From positions 9,052,001 through 9,116,000 of the forward strand of contig OZ231126.1 of NCBI GenBank assembly GCA_965153355.1: 64,000 nt of DNA. Direction: 5' to 3'. Position 1 is the first letter of the stretch. Each line of letters opens with the position of its first letter. Under the pieces are notes generated by a model. It was not told the origin of the DNA and ran no database searches. It saw nothing but the letters and a program-made list of their open reading frames with translations. Origin of the DNA: Flaccisagitta enflata (Eukaryota). This document shows, one piece after another, positions 55,718 to 64,000 of this stretch. The translations under genes were made by a program, and so were the position numbers.

Positions 55718-57188
55718 TATTTTAAACGCAATCAATAAATAAACCTTTTGCAGATCATTTTTATGTACACACTAAAGCTAGATTTTTTTCCCGCGCAAAA
55801 CACGTTCATGCTTCATGACAAGTCTCTGTATTTTCTTCGTATTAAAAAAAATAAAATATCTCTCTGTAAGCACTTGTTTTAAACTGAAATTGGTGATCGA
55901 TGTAAGAATGTGATAACCTATGAATCCAGTACGCTTCCGCTTGACAGTGGGTCTGTTGTACCGTGTCATCTGTTGCCATCTCGTCCACGCTCTACTTTAT
56001 CTGGAAGTGTCTGAAAACAATCTCAATCTTCTTTCTTGATCGTTTATAACTACAAATTTATCTACGTCACGCCGTGTATGATTTTATATACTGGATTTGT
56101 ATTTTTGTCAAAGTTATTTTCCTTTTTCCTCGGTTTATTTTTGTCTCTTCACCGCCTTTTTCAATGTCTTTCCTCATCATTCATACATTTTTATCGCAAT
56201 TCCCATCAACGAGAGAAAAAAAAAACAAAACAAAAGAATTATTATTGATATTATTACTACTACCACTTCTATACCATTCTTTAACGACGACGCTCATTGA
56301 ATTAATTTATTTCATTTTTTCTTCGTTAGATTTTTGATTTTGTCTTCAGTTTCATTTACACGAAATTATACGCCCAATGCCAAAGATGATTTGCATTTAC
56401 ACGAGTCAAAAACCGTATTATTCGCGACCCGACGGGTGAGGCTAGCTTCCTCCCGTCATCGTCCAATCAGCATCACCATGACAACTAACGACAACGACAA
56501 CAACGAGCGCATCCATGACAAGAAAATCAAAGAGCACAATGTAACAACGACAACAACAACAAAGTCAACGAGCAAATTTGAGATTGAATCTTCATTACAA
56601 GTGAACAAGGTCAATGAAAGAGGTGAATTTCAAGTGTAAATTCCTGACTAGTGGAAATGAACTTCAGTAAGCCGGAAACAATACGATGAAAGAAAAACCT
56701 CGAGAACAATTTACAGATCTCATCACAAGTTTGATCGTGGAAGCTTAACTTAGCGCCTGGCTAGGGTCCAGCAATTCTGAAATTATCTCTTCTCGTAATA
56801 CAAAGAAAAATCCGACAATGTGAAAAAAAGCGACGTTCGTGAAATGTTGAGGACTACCTCTCCAGCTAACAGGATTTAGACTAGGATACTAGTAGAACTT
56901 TTTTTCCTTTTCGAAAATTTTCGTTTTTTTTCTGTTTCTTTTTCTCTGTCTACAATATTATTCCACGGAAGCGGCACCACGTCTCTTCATCACCTTCGTT
57001 ATCATCGCCATCATCATCATCGACTTCATCCGTATTAGCATCTTCCACTTATTAAGCCTATGAAAACGTTTCGTCTCTGAAGACGCGGACAATGGCTCGA
57101 AGTCGAACAATTCCATGGTGAAGGGATAAACCTACCAACCAAACCATCGACCAACCGACTTACCGGCACTCCAATTGACCGACCAACC

Positions 57189-58225
57189 ATGTTCTTCTTT
57201 TCTCTGCGCAGCGGCGGGAAGCGGTTGATATTCTCCTTGCTGCTCGTTTGGCTCGTCATCCTCATTTACGTGTCGACGTTTCTCTTCCACGCCACCGACG
57301 AAGCCGCCGGCGTCACTGGAAGCGGCGATGGCGCCGCGTTTCATGGTGGCGCCGGTGGTGGCGTCGATTCCTACGGCGTCGGTGGCGGGATGTTACACCG
57401 CCGGGATGTCGTGGAGTTAGGTGGGGGAGGAGGAGGGGATGATTTACGGCGGCGGTTGGACGAAGCCATGCGTGAATTAGAGGCAGTCAAAAGACAAAAT
57501 CGGGATTTGCAAAAAATGGCGCTGGAAATTAGGGAGGCCAGACACGTCGTGGCTCAGGAGATGAAAGGCGGGGAGAAAATGCCGAAAGAGGTAATTATGT
57601 AAATTCAAAAATGGTAATGAACTGCGGGAGAGATGGTATGATGCTCACTGGCCACTGCAAAATTGGATGGCTTTGGGATGTGATGAAATGTTTAGTCCAC
57701 AGCATTGATTTGGATGAATGTTCTTATAAGAGATAGTGAGCACAAATACGTAGCTTAGTTTTACTTCACACGAAAAGACATGTGCAGACGACACACCTGG
57801 ACATCAGTTACTACACTACGGAATCATACTTTACAGAATCATACACTTCTACATGTATACCGTGCACTACAGAATGACACTTTCAAAAGAAAAGAGAAAA
57901 GAACAATCCATAACATAACAAGATTAGTGCTTCATGGTCGTCATCGATGATATATCAAAATGGACTATTAGTTCAGACTAGTGGAATATGGATTAGCAGG
58001 TGCAGAAAGGGCGACCTGATCAGAGACCCCAAATTGTCTAACTAAAATGCTTATGTTCATTGGTCCATGTTTTTCCAAATTCTCCTTCTTACTTAATTGT
58101 AACTGGATGAGTTTGTAACAAGGAAGGCCATATGCGTCGTAGCGCAGGAAATAAAAGGGGAAGAGAAAGTGCCACAGGAGGTATTGATATCGACAGATCC
58201 TATAGAATTGGCAAGTATAGGTGTT

Positions 58226-58289
<64 letters not shown>

Positions 58290-59453
58290 GGTGGCGGTCC
58301 TTTGGCGGCGATTAGAAAAAGCTCTAAAGGAGCTAGAAAAGGCGTCCTTTTCCGCCGGCAACATTCTCGCCGTGGACGCCGCCGACGCCGCCGCAGCCGC
58401 AGCGCCATCCTCCGTCCACGAATTGACGCGCATGCGCATCGAGAATACCGTCAAGGAAGCGAATCGCTTCTTCATCGGACAAATCAAGTCACTCAAGGAC
58501 AAATTCGACGCTGCCATCGTCAGCGCATCAAGAAGCCATAAAGACGCTAAAAAGAACGCAGGAGGAGGATTATCAGACAATGGGGAATTTGCGGGAGGAT
58601 TTCCATTTTCCGATCCGCGCGGCCGAATGGTCGTCGATAGTGACAACAGTGATACAAATAATGACAATAACTTGAATACAAACAATGTCGTGCCCGGTCT
58701 CGCCGCGTCTTCGTCTTCTTCACACGGCGCCTTCGTCGGAAATGGCGCCGCGGCGGAATGGATGGCCCTCGTCGGCGGCGCCTCGACTCAACTGGCGTCG
58801 ATGTTGTCGACGGGCGGCGAACATCTTCGCGTTCTCGGCGTCGATTTAGAACAATTCCGCGATCTCGACGGTTTAGGCGATTGGCGCCGAAGGGAAGCCC
58901 AACAACTCAGTCAAATCGTACAAAATAGATTGGATTCTCTTCAAAATCCCAAAGACTGCAAAAATGCCAAAAAACTAGTTTGTAATTTGAATAAAGGTAA
59001 GAAGTGTTAACAAATAGAGGCTTATTGGGCGCTAGTTTGTCTGATGTTTCTATGTTTACCGTCAATAGTGTAACATTAATATTAGGGAGACTTGAGAACA
59101 TTTGCCTTGTTGTTTCAAAAATGCGATTAAAAGAGATGCCAATAAGGTGGGACTCCATTGTAGTTAAAACATACGAGATCTTCTTGAGATTCCTGCTCAA
59201 AACTCCTGATTTTACTTAGGTTGTGGTTACGGTTGTCAGCTTCACCACGCTGTTTATTGTTTGGTGGTGGCTTTCGCATCCGGTCGCACATTGATCCTGG
59301 AGTCTTTGGGGTGGCGATACCATCCCGAAGGTGGCTGGGATTCCGTCTTTCAACCCATCTCAAGAACTTGCCTCATTTCCAACGCCGCGCTTCAAGCCTT
59401 GGAGAAACGCGCCAACGATACGAGAGCACAACCATTCACCAATTCTAGGAGAG
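57189..59453 (+). CDS. FUT8: Alpha-1,6-fucosyltransferase, first three coding exons (57189-57590, 58291-58996, 59220-59453); the gene continues beyond the window
   Basis: Type II TM anchor ([17 protein letters not shown]), coiled-coil stem, [50 protein letters not shown]...[12 protein letters not shown]...[13 protein letters not shown]. Confidence 0.93.
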
Positions 59454-62400
59454 GTTAGTGGCCTAGCAATAGCAACACAGCGCCAACGATACAAGATCAC
59501 AACCATTCACCAATTCTAGGAGAGGTTAGTGGCCTAGCAATGGCAACACAGCGCCAACAATACGAGATCACAATCATTCACCAATTCTAGGAGAGGTTAG
59601 TGGCCTAGCAATGGCAACACAGCGCCAACGATACGAGATCACAATCATTCATCAATTCTAGGAGAGGTTAGTGGCCTAGCAGTGGCAACACAGCGCCAAC
59701 GATACAAGATCACAACCATTCATCAATTCTAGGAGAGGTTAGTGGCCTAGCAATGGCAACACAGCGCCAACGATACGAGATCACAACCATTCATCAATTC
59801 TAGGAGAGGTTAGTGGCCTAGCAATGACAACACAGCGCCAACGATACGAGATCACAACCATTCATCAATTCTAGGAGAGGTTAGTGGCCTAGCAATGGCA
59901 ACACAGCGCCAACGATACAAGATCACAACCATTCATCAATTCTAGGAGAGGTTAGTGGCCTAGCAATGGCTACACAGCGCCAACGATACAAGATCACAAC
60001 CATTCATCAATTCTAGGAGAGGTTAGTGGCCTAGCAATGGCAACACAGCGCCAACGATACGAGATCACAACCATTCATCAATTCTAGGAAAGGTTAGTGG
60101 CCTAGCAATGGGAACACAGCGCCAACGATATGAGATCACAACCATTCATCAATTCTAGGAGAGGTTAGTGGCCTAGCAATGGCAACACAGCGCCAACGAT
60201 GCGAGATCACAACCATTCATCAATTCTAGGAGAGGTTAGTGGCCTAGCAATGGCAACACAGCGCCAATGATACAAGATCACACCATTCATCAATTCTAGG
60301 AGAGGTTAGTGGCCTAGCAATGGCAACACAGCGCCAACGATACAAGATCACAACCATTCACCAATTCTAGGAGAGGTTAGTGGCCTAGCAATGGCAACAC
60401 AGCGTCAATGATACAAGATCACAACCATTCACCAATTCTAGGAGAGGTTAGTGGCCTAGCAATGGCTACACAGCGCCAACGATACAAGATCACAACCATT
60501 CATCAATTCTAGGAGAGGTTAGTGGCCTAGCAATGGCAACACAGCGCCAACGATACAAGATCACAACCATTCATCAATTCTAGGAGAGGTTAGTGGCCTA
60601 GCAATGGCAACACAGCGTCAACGATACCGGATCACAACCATTCACCAATTCTAGGAGAGGTTAGTGGCCTAGCAATGGCTACACAGCGCCAACGATACAA
60701 GATCACAACCATTCATCAATTCTAGGAGAGGTTAGTGGCCTAGCAATGGCAACACAGCGCCAACGATACAAGATCACAACCATTCATCAATTCTAGGAGA
60801 GGTTAGTGGCCTAGCAATGGCAACACAGCGTCAACGATACAAGATCACAACCATTCACCAATTCTAGGAGAGGTTAGTGGCCTAGCAATGGCTACACAGC
60901 GCCAACGATACAAGATCACAACCATTCATCAATTCTAGGAGAGGTTAGTGGCCTAGCAATGGCAACACAGCGCCAACGATACGAGATCACAACCATTCAT
61001 CAATTCTAGGAAAGGTTAGTGGCCTAGCGATGGGAACACAGCGCCAACGATATGAGATCACAACCATTCATCAATTCTAGGAGAGGTTAGTGGCCTAGCA
61101 ATGGCAACACAGCGCCAACGATGCGAGATCACAACCATTCATCAATTCTAGGAGAGGTTAGTGGCCTAGCAATGGCAACACAGCGCCAACGATACAAGAT
61201 CACAATCATTCATCAATTCTAGGAGAGGTTAGTGGCCTAGCAATGGCAACACAGCGCCAACGATACAAGATCACAACCATTCATCAATTCTAGGAGAGGT
61301 TAGTGGCCTAGCAATGGCAACACAGCGTCAATGATACAAGATCACAACCATTCACCAATTCTAGGAGAGGTTAGTGGCCTAGCAATGGCTACACAGCGCC
61401 AACGATACAAGATCACAACCATTCATCAATTCTAGGAGAGGTTAGTGGCCTAGCAATGGCAACACAGCGTCAACGATACGAGATCACAACCATTCACCAA
61501 TTCTAGGAGAGGTTAGTGGCCTAGCAATGGCTACACAGCGCCAATGATACAAGATCACAACCATTCATCAATTCTAGGAGAGGTTAGTGGCCTAGCAATG
61601 GCAACACAGCGCCAACGATACAAGATCACAACCATTCATCAATTCTAGGAGAGGTTAGTGGCCTAGCAATGGCAACACAGCGTCAACGATACAAGATCAC
61701 AACCATTCACCAATTCTAGGAGAGGTTAGTGGCCTAGCAATGGCTACACAGCGCCAACGATACAAGATCACAACCATTCATCAATTCTAGGAGAGGTTAG
61801 TGGCCTAGCAATGGCAACACAGCGCCAACGATACGAGATCACAACGATTCATCAATTCTAGGAAAGGTTAGTGGCCTAGCAATGGGAACACAGCGCCAAC
61901 GATATGAGATCACAACCATTCATCAATTCTAGGAGAGGTTAGTGGCCTAGCAATGGCAACACAGCGCCAACGATACGAGATCACAACCATTCATCAATTC
62001 TAGGAGAGGTTAGTGGCCTAGCAATGGCAACACAGCGCCAACGATACAAGATCACAACCATTCATCAATTCTAGGAGAGGTTAGTGGCCTAGCAATGGCA
62101 ACACAGCGCCAACGATACAAGATCACAACCATTCATCAATTCTAGGAGAGGTTAGTGGCCTAGCAATGGCAACACAGCGCCAATGATGCGAGATCACAAC
62201 CATTCACCAATTCTAGGAGAGGTTAGTGGCCTAGCAATGGCTACACAGCGCCAACGATACAAGATCACAACCATTCATCAATTCTAGGAGAGGTTAGTGG
62301 CCTAGCAATGGCAACACAGCGCCAACGATACAAGATCACAACCATTCATCAATTCTAGGAGAGGTTAGTGGCCTAGCAATGGCAACACAGCGTCAACGAT

Positions 62401-64000
62401 ACGAGATCACAACCATTCACCAATTCTAGGAGAGGTTAGTGGCCTAGCAATGGCTACACAGCGCCAACGATACAAGATCACAACCATTCATCAATTCTAG
62501 GAGAGGTTAGTGGCCTAGCAATGGCAACACAGCGCCAACGATACAAGATCACAACCATTCATCAATTCTAGGAGAGGTTAGTGGCCTAGCAATGGCAACA
62601 CAGCGTCAACGATACAAGATCACAACCATTCACCAATTCTAGGAGAGGTTAGTGGCCTAGCAATGGCTACACAGCGCCAACAATACAAGATCACAACCAT
62701 TCATCAATTCTAGGAGAGGTTAGTGGCCTAGCAATGGCAACACAGCGCCAACGATACGAGATCCCAACGAGTCATCAATTCTAGGAAAGGTTAGTGGCCT
62801 AGCAATGGGAACACAGCGCCAACGATATGAGATCACAACCATTCATCAATTCTAGGAGAGGTTAGTGGCCTAGCAATGGCAACACAGCGCCAACGATGCG
62901 AGATCACAACCATTCATCAATTCTAGGAGAGGTTAGTGGCCTAGCAATGGCAACACAGCGCCAACGATACAAGATCACAACCATTCATCAATTCTAGGAG
63001 AGGTTAGTGGCCTAGCAATGGCAACACAGCGCCAACGATACGAGATCACAATCATTCACCAATTCTAGGAGAGGTTAGTGGCCTAGCAATGGCAACACAG
63101 CGCCAACGATACGAGATCACAACCATTCACCAATTCTAGGAGAGGTTAGTGGCCTAGCAATGGCTACACAGCGCCAACGATACAAGATCACAACCATTCA
63201 TCAATTCTAGGAGAGGTTAGTGGCCTAGCAATGGCAACACAGCGCCAACGATACAAGATCACAACCATTCATCAATTCTAGGAGAGGTTAGTGGCCTAGC
63301 AATGGCAACACAGCGTCAACGATACCGGATCACAACCATTCACCAATTCTAGGAGAGGTTAGTGGCCTAGCAATGGCTACACAGCGCCAACGATACAAGA
63401 TCACAACCATTCATCAATTCTAGGAGAGGTTAGTGGCCTAGCAATGGCAACACAGCGCCAACGATACAAGATCACAACCATTCATCAATTCTAGGAGAGG
63501 TTAGTGGCCTAGCAATGGCAACACAGCGTCAACGATACAAGATCACAACCATTCACCAATTCTAGGAGAGGTTAGTGGCCTAGCAATGGCTACACAGCGC
63601 CAACGATACAAGATCTCAACCATTCATCAATTTTAGGAGAGGTTAGTGGCCTAGCAATGGCAACACAGCGCCAACGATACGAGATCACAACCATTCATCA
63701 ATTCTAGGAAAGGTTGGTGGCCTAGCAATGGGAACACAGCGCCAACGATAGAGATCACGATCACAACCATTCATCAATTCTAGGAGAGGTTAGTGGCCTA
63801 GCAATGGCAACACAGCGCCAACGATGCGAGATCACAACCATTCATCAATTCTAGGAGAGGTTAGTGGCCTAGCAATGGCAACACAGCGCCAACGATACAA
63901 GATCACAACCATTCATCAATTCTAGGAGAGGTTAGTGGCCTAGCAATGGCAACACAGCGCCAACGATACAAGATCACAACCATTCATCAATTCTAGGAGA
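59409..64000 (+). repeat. 71-bp satellite built from the FUT8 exon-3 3' end plus donor; ~65 units, running off the window
   Basis: Unit gcgccaacgatacaagatcacaaccattcatcaattctaggagag|gttagtggcctagcaatggcaacaca; donors at 59454, 59525 and onward. Confidence 0.97.

Noticed and set aside
56334-56639. 101-aa ORF upstream of FUT8
   Set aside because: Low complexity with no motif; more likely 5' UTR or promoter region.
59409-64000. CRISPR-like array
   Set aside because: Units are contiguous and near-identical with no unique spacers; eukaryotic context with no cas genes.

Overview
Eukaryotic, animal-like genomic DNA with spliceosomal introns; the species cannot be identified from the sequence. Four host genes lie on the + strand: the last two exons of a BTBD1/2-like PHR-domain gene, a complete GLYR1/NPAC-like gene, a complete DNM1L/Drp1 gene, and the first three coding exons of FUT8. 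A full-length 12.3-kb BEL/Pao LTR retrotransposon (3977-16277, minus strand, CCCCT target-site duplication) lies upstream of the BTBD exons, probably in an intron. Its most unusual feature is that it has no tRNA primer-binding site. Instead, the 12 nt next to the 5' LTR are the perfect complement of a 12-mer inside the LTR, in the geometry of Tf1-type self-priming, and that 12-mer directly follows a consensus splice acceptor. The element also carries a 778-aa non-env third ORF. Other points of interest: a multi-exon antisense gene with ricin-B-like QxW repeats nested in DNM1L intron 5, which the ORF track does not show as a gene; tandem amplification of exon-intron junctions in three genes, up to a >4.5-kb 71-bp satellite with about 65 donor copies and 13-mer higher-order structure in FUT8; a MITE inserted into a splice acceptor; and many MITEs and Helentron-like (HINE) elements carrying minisatellites. 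All coordinates were read by eye and may be off by a few bases.
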